This document shows, in pieces, positions 49,642 through 59,067 of a DNA stretch of 64,000 nucleotides. The notes under the pieces were generated by a model, which did no database searches, was not told where the DNA came from, and was given only the letters and a program-made list of their open reading frames with translations. Made by a program: the position numbers and the translations under genes. Origin of the DNA: Thermoanaerobaculia bacterium (GTDB lineage Bacteria; Acidobacteriota; Thermoanaerobaculia; Gp7-AA8); the NCBI GenBank assembly GCA_046594105.1, contig JBKJQB010000248.1, positions 4,598 through 68,597 of the forward strand, in the 5' to 3' direction. Positions within the stretch are counted from its first letter, which is position 1. Each line of letters begins with the position of its first letter.

Positions 49642-50193
49642 GTGATCGTTCCGAAACCCCATCATCTGGGACCTCAGAACATGGCTTGGCTTCGTCTCTC
49701 GCTCTTTGCGCAGACCATCCTGGCGATTTACTTCCAGACCGTGCAGTGGATTCCACTCGGCAATTGGAACTATCAGCCCGAACAGTCAAGTCTCAGTCCT
49801 TTCAGCAATCTGCCGCTCAGCGTGCTTGCTGTTCAGGGTCGACTGACTGCTCCCACGGCGCTCCTGGTTATCTGGTTCCTGGTGCCATTTGCCCTGTTCT
49901 GCTTTGCTTACTCGCGACGCTCGTGGTGGCTAATGTGGATGCCACTGGGTTTCTATTCGGTATGGATAGCCCTAGAGGCATCATGGTGGGTGCTCTACGC
50001 GCTCGGCAGGTCCGATTCGCAAGTGGAGCGCTACCAAAGAGTCTTCGCCCCCGCCACGCAGTTGTTGCCATCGTTCGGACGCCATCTTCCTCCTGACGGA
50101 GCGCACTTCGTTCTTCACATTCTTCTCTTCTCAGTTCTCGTTCCTGGGTTCCTTGGTCTATTCAAATCGCTTTTGCCGGCACGATCCGAGTAA
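49642..50193 (+). CDS. Hypothetical integral membrane protein (4-5 TM helices, Trp-rich)
   Basis: Hydrophobic helices. No recognisable domain. Lower GC than surroundings. Confidence 0.45.
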   Translation: MIVPKPHHLGPQNMAWLRLSLFAQTILAIYFQTVQWIPLGNWNYQPEQSSLSPFSNLPLSVLAVQGRLTAPTALLVIWFLVPFALFCFAYSRRSWWLMWMPLGFYSVWIALEASWWVLYALGRSDSQVERYQRVFAPATQLLPSFGRHLPPDGAHFVLHILLFSVLVPGFLGLFKSLLPARSE

Positions 50194-50210
50194 GCGCCCC
50201 AGGCATCATC

Positions 50211-50756
50211 GTGCTGAAGAGGACCCCGATGCGACCTGTGCGGTACTGCGTGGCAGCGAGTCTCGACGGATACATCGCCGGGCCTGACGGAGCGTTCGAC
50301 TGGATCCCGGCGGACCCCGCTGTCGATTTCGCAGCCATTTTTGCGAACGTTGATACCGTACTGGTTGGCCGGCGCACCTACGAATTGGTCCGCCGAATGG
50401 GCTCTCCGACCTGGGCACCGGGCACGCGTGTCTCCGTCTTCTCGAGAACTCTCCGCGAGACGTCTCCCGGTGTGACCGTCGTCGGGGAGGATGCGGCTGC
50501 GGTCGTGGCGGCGCTTCGTGCGGAACCAGGCGACGGTGAGATCTGGCTATTCGGCGGGGCCACGTTGTTCGGAAGCTTGCTCGCTGCCAGGCAGGTGACT
50601 GCCATCGAGGTCACCGTGGTTCCGATCCTGCTCGGCGGCGGCATTCCGCTGCTGCCGCCCGGTGCGCCGCGTTCGACGCTGGCGCTGACCAGAACCCAGA
50701 CCTATCCAAGCGGCATGGTTACGTTGTTCTACACCGTCCGTGGTGTCGGGGCCTGA
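50211..50756 (+). CDS. Dihydrofolate reductase-like protein (RibD C-terminal domain family)
   Basis: RYCVAASLDGYIAGPDG...FANVDTVLVGRRTYE...GEIWLFGGATLF pattern of the RibD_C/DHFR-like family. Confidence 0.7.
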   Translation: MLKRTPMRPVRYCVAASLDGYIAGPDGAFDWIPADPAVDFAAIFANVDTVLVGRRTYELVRRMGSPTWAPGTRVSVFSRTLRETSPGVTVVGEDAAAVVAALRAEPGDGEIWLFGGATLFGSLLAARQVTAIEVTVVPILLGGGIPLLPPGAPRSTLALTRTQTYPSGMVTLFYTVRGVGA

Positions 50757-50808
50757 ACCGGACGCCAGGCGCCTCTGCGCGCAGATCGATTCGCCTCCAT
50801 CGAGCACC

Positions 50809-52725
50809 TCACTTTTTCGCCGCGAGATCCTCCACTTCCTCCCCCGCGTTCACGAAGCGATTCACCGCCACTCCGTATTGCTTCTCGTACAACGCGCGGT
50901 ACCGGCCGCCGAGGACCATCAGTTCGACGTGGTTGCCCCGCTCGACGATGGCTCCTTCTTCCAGCACCAGGATCTGGTCGGCGGTGCGAACGGTCGATAG
51001 ACGATGGGCGATGACAAAGGTCGTTCGGCCCCGCATCAGCTTGTTCAGCCCGTCCTGGATGAGAGCCTCGCTTTCGCTGTCCAGCGAGGACGTCGCTTCA
51101 TCGAGGATGAGGATGCGCGGATTGGCCACGATGGCCCGGGCGATGGCCACGCGCTGCTTCTGGCCGCCGGAGAGGCGCACGCCGCGCTCGCCAACGACCG
51201 TTTCGTACTGTGCAGTGAAGCCTGTCGCAAACTCGTCGACGTGGGCGATTCTCGCCGCTTCCAGCACCTGATCACGCGACGCCTTCGGATTGCCCATGGC
51301 GATGTTCTGATAGATCGACTCCGCGAAGAGGAAGGAGTCCTGCGGGACGATGCCGAGGTGCGCGCGATAGTCGCCGAGGCGAAGATCGATCAATGGCTGG
51401 CCGTCGATGAGGATCTCGCCTTTCGTCGGACGATGGAACGCTGCGATCAGCGAGATCAGCGTGCTCTTCCCGCCGCCGGAGGGGCCGACCAGCGCGATCG
51501 AGCGGCCGGCGGGCGCGATCAGATTGATGTCCTTCAGAACCGGTACGTCTTTGGTGTACTCGAACCACACATCGCGGAACTCCACGGCTCCTTCGATGTC
51601 GGCGGTCGCTTTTTTTGCGGCGTCGTCGGCATCTTCGCGTTTCTCCCCGAGCACTTCGCGCATTCGCTCCAGTCCAGCGAACGCTTCGGAAAGCTGCGTA
51701 CCGATGGAGACGATCTGGACGACCGGGCCGACGACCAGCGCGAGATAGAGCGTGAACGAGATCAGTCCGCCGATGGTCATCCTGCCGGCGATCACCTCGC
51801 GTCCGCCGATGACCAGCACCGACACGCCGACGACGCCGACCAGAAACGTGGTCAAGGCGCCGACGCCGGACACCACGCGCATGGTCTTCATCACCAGGCG
51901 AAGCAGGCCGTGCGCACCCTTGGCGAACACACGCGCTTCATGCCGCTCCGCCCCGTACGCCTTCACCACGCGGATTCCGGAAAAGCCCTCGGTCAGCCGT
52001 CCGGTCACCTGGGCATTGATCTCGCCGCGTTCCTTGAAGAGCGGCCGGACCGTGGTGAAGGCGTAGATGAGCACGCCGGCAAAGAGGAAAAAAGCGCCGA
52101 ACACCATGAACGCCAACTTCGAGCTCAGATAGAAAAGGATCCCGGTAGCCACTCCCGCCGTGACGATCCCGCCCACCAGCTGCAGCAGTCCCGTGCCCAC
52201 GAGGTTGCGCACTCCTTCCGCGTCGTTCATCACCCGCGACACCAGCACTCCCGTCTTGGTGGCATCGAAGTAGCCGACCGACAGCCGCTGGACATGTTGC
52301 TGGATGCGCTTGCGAAGGTCGGCGATGGACCGCTGCGCGGCGATGCCGAGGATCTGGGCCAGGGCGTAGTCGGTCAGCCCGCCGATGGCGGCGGCCACTC
52401 CGGTCACCAGCGCCAGCTTCCACAACAGTTCGTGACGCCCTTTCCCGATGACGTCATCGATCAGGAACTTCGTCGTTCCCGGGAGGACGATGCTCATCAT
52501 TCGATTGATGAGCAGCAGTGGCAACCCCAGCGCAAGCCGTCCTCGGGACCGCCAGATCAGGTCACCGGCATCTTTCAGAATCGCACGCCGGCGCACCGGA
52601 TCGAGGCGCGCACGTTTGGGTTTGGCCGTTTCTTCAGGCATCGCGGGATTGTATCGACAGAGGGTGAGTGGATCGAAACTTGCTATGGCAGAGATCGCAT
52701 GAAGAACCTGATCAGCCTGCCGCAC
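50809..52725 (-). CDS. ABC transporter, fused permease/ATP-binding exporter (MsbA-like)
   Basis: Six TM N-terminal domain. Walker A GPSGGGKST. ABC signature LSGGQKQRVAIARA. Walker B ILILDEATS. Confidence 0.9.
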   Translation of the reverse strand: MRQADQVLHAISAIASFDPLTLCRYNPAMPEETAKPKRARLDPVRRRAILKDAGDLIWRSRGRLALGLPLLLINRMMSIVLPGTTKFLIDDVIGKGRHELLWKLALVTGVAAAIGGLTDYALAQILGIAAQRSIADLRKRIQQHVQRLSVGYFDATKTGVLVSRVMNDAEGVRNLVGTGLLQLVGGIVTAGVATGILFYLSSKLAFMVFGAFFLFAGVLIYAFTTVRPLFKERGEINAQVTGRLTEGFSGIRVVKAYGAERHEARVFAKGAHGLLRLVMKTMRVVSGVGALTTFLVGVVGVSVLVIGGREVIAGRMTIGGLISFTLYLALVVGPVVQIVSIGTQLSEAFAGLERMREVLGEKREDADDAAKKATADIEGAVEFRDVWFEYTKDVPVLKDINLIAPAGRSIALVGPSGGGKSTLISLIAAFHRPTKGEILIDGQPLIDLRLGDYRAHLGIVPQDSFLFAESIYQNIAMGNPKASRDQVLEAARIAHVDEFATGFTAQYETVVGERGVRLSGGQKQRVAIARAIVANPRILILDEATSSLDSESEALIQDGLNKLMRGRTTFVIAHRLSTVRTADQILVLEEGAIVERGNHVELMVLGGRYRALYEKQYGVAVNRFVNAGEEVEDLAAKK

Positions 52726-52748
52726 ATGCAGCGAACGGAGTGGATGCG

Positions 52749-53045
52749 ATGACGTTGGTGAATTCTCTTTGCGCGGAGATCAGCATCTATCAGGGCGTCG
52801 GCGAGCCCACCGGCATCCAGGTGGAACGGAGCGCCATCCGAGGCAAAAAGGGCTTGTGCAAGAGCATGCGGGACCTGGCCATCAAGTCGCGCGTGCTCGG
52901 CGACGGCTACTACTACCTGCCCATCGAGCTGTGGCCGAAGACCAAGGAACCGGTCGTGGTCCATAAGCACGACTGGACGGTGATCGGCTCGATCCCCCGG
53001 ACCCCGCGCGCGCCAAAGAAGGGCTCGAAGCAGCTCACCACCTGA
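52749..53045 (+). CDS. Hypothetical small protein
   Basis: ORF with plausible coding bias. No recognised motif. In-frame Met chosen. Confidence 0.35.
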   Translation: MTLVNSLCAEISIYQGVGEPTGIQVERSAIRGKKGLCKSMRDLAIKSRVLGDGYYYLPIELWPKTKEPVVVHKHDWTVIGSIPRTPRAPKKGSKQLTT

Positions 53046-53093
53046 CCCCGGCCGGCACGGCCCACCCTCAGAGGCGGTGAAGAAATCCCCCAA

Positions 53094-53213
53094 CCGTCAT
53101 CCTGAGCGGCGTGGGTGGCGGGCGGGAAGCGAAGGATCTGCAATCACGAGGATTTTGCTGGGAGCAGTTGCGTCGTTGCAGATCCTTCGCCGTCTGCGCG
53201 GTTCAGGATGACG
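53094..53213 (+). mobile_element. 120-bp MITE-like, internally palindromic repeat (family B), copy 1
   Basis: CGTCATCCTGAGCGGCG...CGAAGGATCTGCAA...TTGCAGATCCTTCG...GGTTCAGGATGACGG. About 13-bp terminal inverted repeats and an exact internal 14-bp inverted repeat. The reverse complement occurs at 56838. Confidence 0.6.
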
Positions 53214-53250
53214 GCAAAGGCGATCGAGGTACCGCAGGCTGAGGCGAAAA

Positions 53251-53306
53251 TCGTGGCGGACGCTTTGCGAACCAACGCCGCCGGCCGTGCCGGCCTCCCT
53301 CGATAA
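53251..53306 (+). repeat. REP-like repeat, variant (same subfamily as the 25608 copy)
   Basis: GAGGCGAAAATCGTGGCGGACGCTTTGCGAACCAACGCCGCCGGCCGTGCCGGCCTCC. Confidence 0.75.
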
Positions 53307-53367
53307 ACCTTCCTGTGGTACACGCCGTGCATTTTCTCGCGGCAAAATCAAGATTGGAGCCTGCCCG

Positions 53368-54552
53368 ATGAAACGTTGGATCTCTGTACTCATTGCTCTT
53401 GCCGTCGCCGTCCCCATGTTCGCCCAGGAAGAGGCGGGCCCCGCGGCCGCCAAGGGTGCGCAGGTCGACACAACCGGAAAGGGCTACACCGCCGCGTATG
53501 TGATCGAAAGCAGCACCCGACAGGTTCTCTTCGAAGAGAACGCCAACGTCCCTCTCCCGACCGCTTCCATGGCCAAGATGATGACGCTGCTCATCGCCAT
53601 GGAAGAGATTCGCGACGGCCGCCTCAAATTGGACACTCCCGTCACGATTTCCGCTCGCGCCAGCAAAATGGGCGGTTCGCAGGTTTATGCGAAAGATGGG
53701 CAGGTTTTCCCGCTGCAGACGCTGCTCGCCACGACGATGATTCAGTCTGCCAACGACACCGCCCAGGCCATCGCTGAGAAAATCGGCGGATCGTCGGAGA
53801 ACTTCGCAGACCTCATGAATCAGCGGGCCAAAGCCCTGGGGCTGAAGGACACCAACTTCTATGATCCGCATGGTCTGCCCAACGTGAAGGACCCAAAGAG
53901 AATCAACACCATGAGCGCCCACGATCTCGCCATCCTGGGGCTGGAAGTCATGAAGTACCCGTTGATGCGTGAGTACGCCAAGATGCCCACCATGCCGTTT
54001 ACCAACGCCACCTTCACCTCGGGATTGACCAATCCCAACCATCTGGTCAATCCGAAGAAACAGGATTACTTCCCCGACGCCACCGGCTTGAAGACCGGCT
54101 ACTCCGGCCCGGCCGGATATTGCATCACCGCCTCGGCCAAGCGCGGAGAGATGGAGCTGGTCGCGGTGGTCATGGGAGCGCGGGCCAATCGTGGGCCGCT
54201 CAGCTCTTTCGGCATCGCCTCCAAGCTGTTCTCGAACGCCTTCGCCAACTACAACATGACGACCGTCCTCAAGAAGGGCGCGTCCGTCGGTACCGCGGTC
54301 GTCAGTGATGGAACCGAGAAGACCGTCGGCGCCGTTGCCTCGGCTGACGCCAAGGCTCTGGTCAAGCGCGGACAGGAAGGAAGCGTGAAGGTTGCGTTCG
54401 CGGCCTCCCCCCTGACCGCTCCTGTGCGCGCCGGACAGCAGGTCGGTACCATCGCTGTGCAGCAGGATGGGAAGACCATCAGCAAGGTTCCTGCACTGGC
54501 AGTTGCTGCAGTCGCTCAGCAGCCCGGCTGGAAGAAATTCTGGCCGTTCTGA
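53368..54552 (+). CDS. D-alanyl-D-alanine carboxypeptidase (peptidase S11, PBP5/DacC-like) with C-terminal beta-sandwich domain
   Basis: Signal peptide. SxxK motif ASMAKMMT. SxN motif QSAND. KTG motif LKTGYSG. Confidence 0.85.
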   Translation: MKRWISVLIALAVAVPMFAQEEAGPAAAKGAQVDTTGKGYTAAYVIESSTRQVLFEENANVPLPTASMAKMMTLLIAMEEIRDGRLKLDTPVTISARASKMGGSQVYAKDGQVFPLQTLLATTMIQSANDTAQAIAEKIGGSSENFADLMNQRAKALGLKDTNFYDPHGLPNVKDPKRINTMSAHDLAILGLEVMKYPLMREYAKMPTMPFTNATFTSGLTNPNHLVNPKKQDYFPDATGLKTGYSGPAGYCITASAKRGEMELVAVVMGARANRGPLSSFGIASKLFSNAFANYNMTTVLKKGASVGTAVVSDGTEKTVGAVASADAKALVKRGQEGSVKVAFAASPLTAPVRAGQQVGTIAVQQDGKTISKVPALAVAAVAQQPGWKKFWPF

Positions 54553-54576
54553 GTCGAGCCAAAAGCCTTTCGACTA

Positions 54577-54613
54577 CCCGCGCCGGTCAGAGAAATCTGG
54601 CCGGCGCTTTTTC
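54577..54613. terminator. Hairpin plus T-tract between convergent dacC-like and purN genes
   Basis: CGCGCCGG-TCAGAGAAATCT-GGCCGGCGC followed by TTTTTCTTCC. Overlaps the purN stop region on the other strand. Confidence 0.5.
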
Positions 54614-55222
54614 TTCCTCCGCAAACACCACCCTGCGGCCCTCGATGCGCCACGTGCCGCCCAGCTTCTGCAGGGCCTCGACGTAGGCCCGGTGTTCCTG
54701 CTCCAGGATCCGCTCCGAAAGCGTTGCCACGGTGTCGTCGTCGTGAACCGGCACCTCGCGCTGCACCACAACCGGTCCGCCGTCGAGGCTCTCATCGACG
54801 AAGTGGACGGTACATCCGCTCACCTTGACGCCGTACGTCAGCGCCTGCGCCTGCGCATCCACTCCGGGAAATGAGGGGAGAAGCGCTGGATGGATATTGA
54901 GGACGCGGTTGCGGTACCGCTCCACGAATGCCGGGGACAACAGGCGCATGTATCCGGCAAGCACCAGGTAATCCGGGCGAACTTCCTCGAGGATTTTGGA
55001 GAGGTCGGCCTCATGCCCCGCACGGGTGCGGTAGTTCCGATGATCGAGCACCTCGGCGCGAAGGCCCAGCGATTCGGCCGTGGAGATCCCGGCGACATCC
55101 GGCCTGTTGGAGAACACCAGAACGATCTCGGCATTCAGTTCGCGCCGCTCGATGGCGTCGTGGATGGCCCGGAAATTCGATCCCCGGCCAGAGAGCAGGA
55201 TGGCGAGACGCATCGCAGGCAT
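54587..55222 (-). CDS. purN: Phosphoribosylglycinamide formyltransferase
   Basis: LAILLSGRGSNF...NIHPALLPSFPG...GCTVHFVDE motifs. Confidence 0.9.
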   Translation of the reverse strand: MPAMRLAILLSGRGSNFRAIHDAIERRELNAEIVLVFSNRPDVAGISTAESLGLRAEVLDHRNYRTRAGHEADLSKILEEVRPDYLVLAGYMRLLSPAFVERYRNRVLNIHPALLPSFPGVDAQAQALTYGVKVSGCTVHFVDESLDGGPVVVQREVPVHDDDTVATLSERILEQEHRAYVEALQKLGGTWRIEGRRVVFAEEEKAPARFL

Positions 55223-55231
55223 CCGCAGCGC

Positions 55232-56296
55232 TCACTCGATCCACGAGGCGAAGCCGGCGGGCGGGACGTCATAGACCACCTTCCCGCTCCCGGCCACGAC
55301 GTTCCCGAGAAAGAAGAACTTCTGACCTGCCTGTGAAAGGTGACGGGTCACCAGGTCAACCTGATCGACACCCACCATCAGCACCATGCCAATGCCCATG
55401 TTGAAGACGCGCAGCATCTCGTCGCGCTCGACATTTCCCTTTTCGAAGATGGCCCGGAAGATGGGGAGCACAGGCCACGATCCGAGTTTGATCCGCGCGT
55501 CGAGCGCAGGCGGAAGCACGCGCGGGACGTTGTCGGTCAGGCCGCCGCCTGTGATGTGAGCCATGGCATGAATGGCTCGCTGCTCCACCAGCGGCATCAG
55601 CGGCCCGAGGTACGAAAGATGCGGCGCCAGCAGCGCTTCGCCGATCGTGCCCACTCCCGGAAGCACGGTGTGGTAGTCATGGCCGGAGCGATCGATCAGA
55701 ACCTTGCGCGCCAGAGAGAAGCCATTGGTGTGCAGCCCCGCTGAGGGAAGACCGATCAGCACGTCCCCCTCGCGGACCGCTTTGGCGTCGATCAGTTTCG
55801 ATTCGTCCACGACCCCGACGATGAAGCCGGCGATGTCGTAGTCGTCATCGCCGTAGAAGCCCGGCATCTCCGCAGTCTCTCCGCCGATGAGGGCACAACC
55901 GTTCTCGGTGCAGGCGCGTCCCATCCCGCGCACCACATCGGCCATCACCTTCGGGCGCAGCCGCCCGGTGGCGTAATAGTCGAGGAAGAACAGCGGCCGC
56001 GCTCCCTGAACGAGAATGTCGTTGACGCAGTGCGAGACCAGGTCGTAGCCGACGGTGTCGTGAATCTTCATCGCCTGGGCCACGCGGATTTTGGTGCCGA
56101 CGCCGTCTGTGGACGAGACCAGCACCGGTTTCTCCATCCCGGAAAACGAGGCGCGAAAGAGTCCGCCGAAGGAGCCGATGTCGGACATCACGTCGGGGGT
56201 GAACGTCCGGCGGGCGATCTGACGGACCTCTTTGAGCGCCTCATCCTGGGCGTCGATGTCGACGCCCGCGTCGCGATAACTGGTCCGATCGGTCAC
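55232..56296 (-). CDS. purM: Phosphoribosylformylglycinamidine cyclo-ligase
   Basis: YRDAGVDID N-terminus, DAMAHITGGG and the AIR synthase fold. 354 aa. Confidence 0.9.
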   Translation of the reverse strand: MTDRTSYRDAGVDIDAQDEALKEVRQIARRTFTPDVMSDIGSFGGLFRASFSGMEKPVLVSSTDGVGTKIRVAQAMKIHDTVGYDLVSHCVNDILVQGARPLFFLDYYATGRLRPKVMADVVRGMGRACTENGCALIGGETAEMPGFYGDDDYDIAGFIVGVVDESKLIDAKAVREGDVLIGLPSAGLHTNGFSLARKVLIDRSGHDYHTVLPGVGTIGEALLAPHLSYLGPLMPLVEQRAIHAMAHITGGGLTDNVPRVLPPALDARIKLGSWPVLPIFRAIFEKGNVERDEMLRVFNMGIGMVLMVGVDQVDLVTRHLSQAGQKFFFLGNVVAGSGKVVYDVPPAGFASWIE

Positions 56297-56322
56297 CGCG
56301 CGCGATTATAGTTCCAGCACCC

Positions 56323-56805
56323 ATGGCGCAATTTCTTCTCATCACCACACTTCTCTCGATCGCCGGACTCCTCGGCACCATCGGCATCGGCTTCTTCGCG
56401 GGGCCCGGTCACACCGCCCAGCACATCCTGGTGGCACTGGGCACCGTCGTGATCGGCCTGTTCTCGCAGTCCATGACCATGTTCTTCTTCATCGGCACTG
56501 GAAAAGAGATCAAAGAGGCCTCCCATCAGAATGCGGTCGTCGTCGAGCGCACCAAGCAGTTCAAGAAGCAGGTCTTCCCCACCGCCATGTACGCGATGGG
56601 CGTCCTGATGGTGACCTTCATCATGGGTGGCGGGGTCGCCAGCGGAAAGACCCCGCGCTGGCTGCACCTCGGCATGGCCCTCGTTTCGATCGCCATGTAC
56701 GGACGGGCCTACTGGGTGCAGTTGCGCGCGATGATGGAGAACGCACAACTGATGGAGCAGTACCTGAAGGAAGAGACGCCGAATCCTTCCCTGCCGTCGT
56801 CGTGA
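56323..56805 (+). CDS. Hypothetical integral membrane protein (4 TM helices)
   Basis: Hydrophobic helices. No known motif. Confidence 0.45.
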   Translation: MAQFLLITTLLSIAGLLGTIGIGFFAGPGHTAQHILVALGTVVIGLFSQSMTMFFFIGTGKEIKEASHQNAVVVERTKQFKKQVFPTAMYAMGVLMVTFIMGGGVASGKTPRWLHLGMALVSIAMYGRAYWVQLRAMMENAQLMEQYLKEETPNPSLPSS

Positions 56806-56837
56806 TGCGAAAGGATCGGAGCGCCTTTCTCGCCACT

Positions 56838-56957
56838 CGTCATCCTGAGCCGCGCAGACGGCGAAGGATCTGCAACGACCCAACTGTCGCCAGCAACATC
56901 CTCGTGATTGCAGATCCTTCGCTTCCCGCCCGCCACCCACGCCGCTCAGGATGACGG
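56838..56957 (-). mobile_element. 120-bp MITE-like repeat (family B), copy 2, inverted relative to copy 1
   Basis: CGTCATCCTGAGCCGCGCAGACGGCGAAGGATCTGCAACGAC...TCGTGATTGCAGATCCTTCGCTTCCCGCCCGCCACCCACGCCGCTCAGGATGACGG equals revcomp(53094..53213) with a few mismatches. Confidence 0.6.
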
Positions 56958-56971
56958 TTGAAGAAATTTCT

Positions 56972-58033
56972 TCACGCCCGATAGAGCGCGGCGCCCCAAT
57001 GCAGGCCTGACCCCAGGGCGGTGAAGCAGATCAGCATGCCGGGTTTGATGGTCCCGTTCTCCAGCGATTCGTGGAAAAGGATCGGCAGCGTCCCGGCCGT
57101 GGTGTTGCCATAGCGCTCGATGTTGTGTGGCACCTTCTCCGACGGCAGACCCAGGTGTTTCCCCACCGCCTCGACGATGCGCAGGTTGGCCTGATGGATC
57201 AGCAGGACGTCGATGCTGTCGACTTCCACGGACGCCGCCGCGCACACTTCGCGCACCGACTCCGGCATCTTCGAGACTGCCTGCCGGAAAACCTCGCGCC
57301 CCTCCATGACCGGAACGGGATCCCCCCCGTCGACTTGATCGCAATCGACATACGGCCGGCGCCGGAAGCCCACACCTTTTACGTACAAGGCCTCCAGTCC
57401 GTTGCCGGAGGTGAAGAGTCGCGCGGCCAGCAGTCCTCGGCGATCGTCTTCCATCCCTTCCACCACCACCGCGCCGGCGCCGTCGCCGAAAAGCACGATC
57501 CGATCGCGGTAGAGCGTGTTGATGGCGTTCTCTTCCGGCGTCACCTCGCGATTCTCCAGGCCGATGGTGGTGTCCCAGCCGTTTTTCCACGGCATGAAGG
57601 GCGTGTGCACGTCGCCGCCAATCAGGAGGATCTTTCGGTACTTGCCGCTCTTGATGAGGGAGTCGGCGAGGTCGAGGCCGTACAGAAAGCCAGAACATTG
57701 CTGCCGGATGTCGAACGTGGGAATCGACTCGGAGAGCCCGAGAGCGGCCTGGACCAGCGGCCCATTTCCGGGAAAGAAGAAGTCGGGAGTCATGGTGGCG
57801 AAGATGACGGCGTCGATGTTCGAGGGCACGAGACCGGCCGCCTGCAGCGCTCCGCGGGCGGCAGTGATCCCGAGCTCCGAGGAACCCTGCCCCGGATCGG
57901 CATAGCGGCGCTCGGAGATCCCGCTGCGGGAACGGATCCACTCGTCGGTGGTGTCCATGATGCGAGCGAGCTTGTCGTTGCCGACGACATTCTTCGGGAC
58001 GCCGATCCCGCTGCCGGTGATCACGCTTTTCAT
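56972..58033 (-). CDS. fabH: 3-oxoacyl-ACP synthase III (FabH-like ketosynthase)
   Basis: Catalytic triad context QQCSGFLYGL (Cys), IHQANLRI (His), ERYGNTTAGTLP (Asn). Confidence 0.8.
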   Translation of the reverse strand: MKSVITGSGIGVPKNVVGNDKLARIMDTTDEWIRSRSGISERRYADPGQGSSELGITAARGALQAAGLVPSNIDAVIFATMTPDFFFPGNGPLVQAALGLSESIPTFDIRQQCSGFLYGLDLADSLIKSGKYRKILLIGGDVHTPFMPWKNGWDTTIGLENREVTPEENAINTLYRDRIVLFGDGAGAVVVEGMEDDRRGLLAARLFTSGNGLEALYVKGVGFRRRPYVDCDQVDGGDPVPVMEGREVFRQAVSKMPESVREVCAAASVEVDSIDVLLIHQANLRIVEAVGKHLGLPSEKVPHNIERYGNTTAGTLPILFHESLENGTIKPGMLICFTALGSGLHWGAALYRA

Positions 58034-58105
58034 GGAAGAGAGAAGAATACCGCCGTTCCGGTTGATCCGGCAGTCACCACTGATGCGTGCGGATCATGCG
58101 AATGA

Positions 58106-58987
58106 TCAGACGTCGTGCCGTGGGGCCAGCACGCTCAGGTCGTCCGCGGTGAAGCGATACTTCCTCCCACAGAACTGGCAGACCACTTCTGAGCCGCCTT
58201 GATCGATCATCTCCTGCAGCTCCTCGGCGGAGAACAGGGCCAGCGGAGCGAGTGCCCGCTCCGCGGTGCAGGGACAGGAGTAGCTGAGCGGAACGTTGAA
58301 GCTCTCATCGATCTGCTTGTAGTCGCAGCCCTGAAGCACAGTGGCCACAACATCCTCGATGGACATCTTGTCGATCAGCGTGCTGAGCGGCGGCGCTTCC
58401 TTTACCCGCTGCTCGACTCGGGCGATGGAGCTTTCGGTGGCGTGGGGAAAGGCCTGAATGATCAGGCCCCCCGCCGCCGCGACCCCTTCGCGACGATTGA
58501 GCACGCCGAGGAGTACGGCGGAGGAGATCTGTTCCGAGGTGGCCAGATAGTGCGTGAGCTCTTCGGCCACGCCACCGCCCTTGAGCAGAAGTTGCGAGGT
58601 GTAGGGCTTTCCGGCTGGAGGGGTTCCGCGCATCACCGTCAGCATTCCCTCGCCGATGGCGTGTCCGACGTCGAGAGCGGGGTCCATCGGCGCGGGATCG
58701 GCGACATATCCACGGGCGGCCCCAGCGACGTTGCCCTCGGCGATCATCACTCCGAGCGGTCCGTTGCCGTGGAAGCGCAGAGTGACCGCTTGATTGCGGA
58801 GGTTCTTTTCCAGCAGGCGGGCCAGCAGGAGAGCGCCGGTCAGCGCCCGGCCCAGTGCGTCGGTGGCCACGGGAGCGAGGTCCAGGAGCTCGCGAGCTCT
58901 CTCGACCGTCTGGGTGGTCTGGGCCGCGAGCACGCGGAAGTTGCCGCCCTCCGCCATCCCCTGGATCAACCGGTCCTGACGTTTCAT
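58106..58987 (-). CDS. hslO: Redox-regulated chaperone Hsp33
   Basis: C-terminal zinc centre CPCTAERAL...CQFCGRKY (CxC...CxxC). Hsp33 N-terminal domain. Confidence 0.85.
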   Translation of the reverse strand: MKRQDRLIQGMAEGGNFRVLAAQTTQTVERARELLDLAPVATDALGRALTGALLLARLLEKNLRNQAVTLRFHGNGPLGVMIAEGNVAGAARGYVADPAPMDPALDVGHAIGEGMLTVMRGTPPAGKPYTSQLLLKGGGVAEELTHYLATSEQISSAVLLGVLNRREGVAAAGGLIIQAFPHATESSIARVEQRVKEAPPLSTLIDKMSIEDVVATVLQGCDYKQIDESFNVPLSYSCPCTAERALAPLALFSAEELQEMIDQGGSEVVCQFCGRKYRFTADDLSVLAPRHDV

Positions 58988-59067
58988 CGCACCGGGAAAC
59001 CGCGCGATTCCGACATTTGTTTCGAGCGGCTCGCCCCTTGCTACCTTCGTTCCGAGGGAGAGTGATC

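Noticed and set aside
53115-53306. 63-aa ORF MAGGKRRICNHEDFAG... and its twin at 56709..56936 (MAGGKRRICNHEDVAG...)
   Set aside because: Both are translations of the two inverted copies of the 120-bp MITE-like repeat. The identity reflects the repeat, not a conserved small protein.
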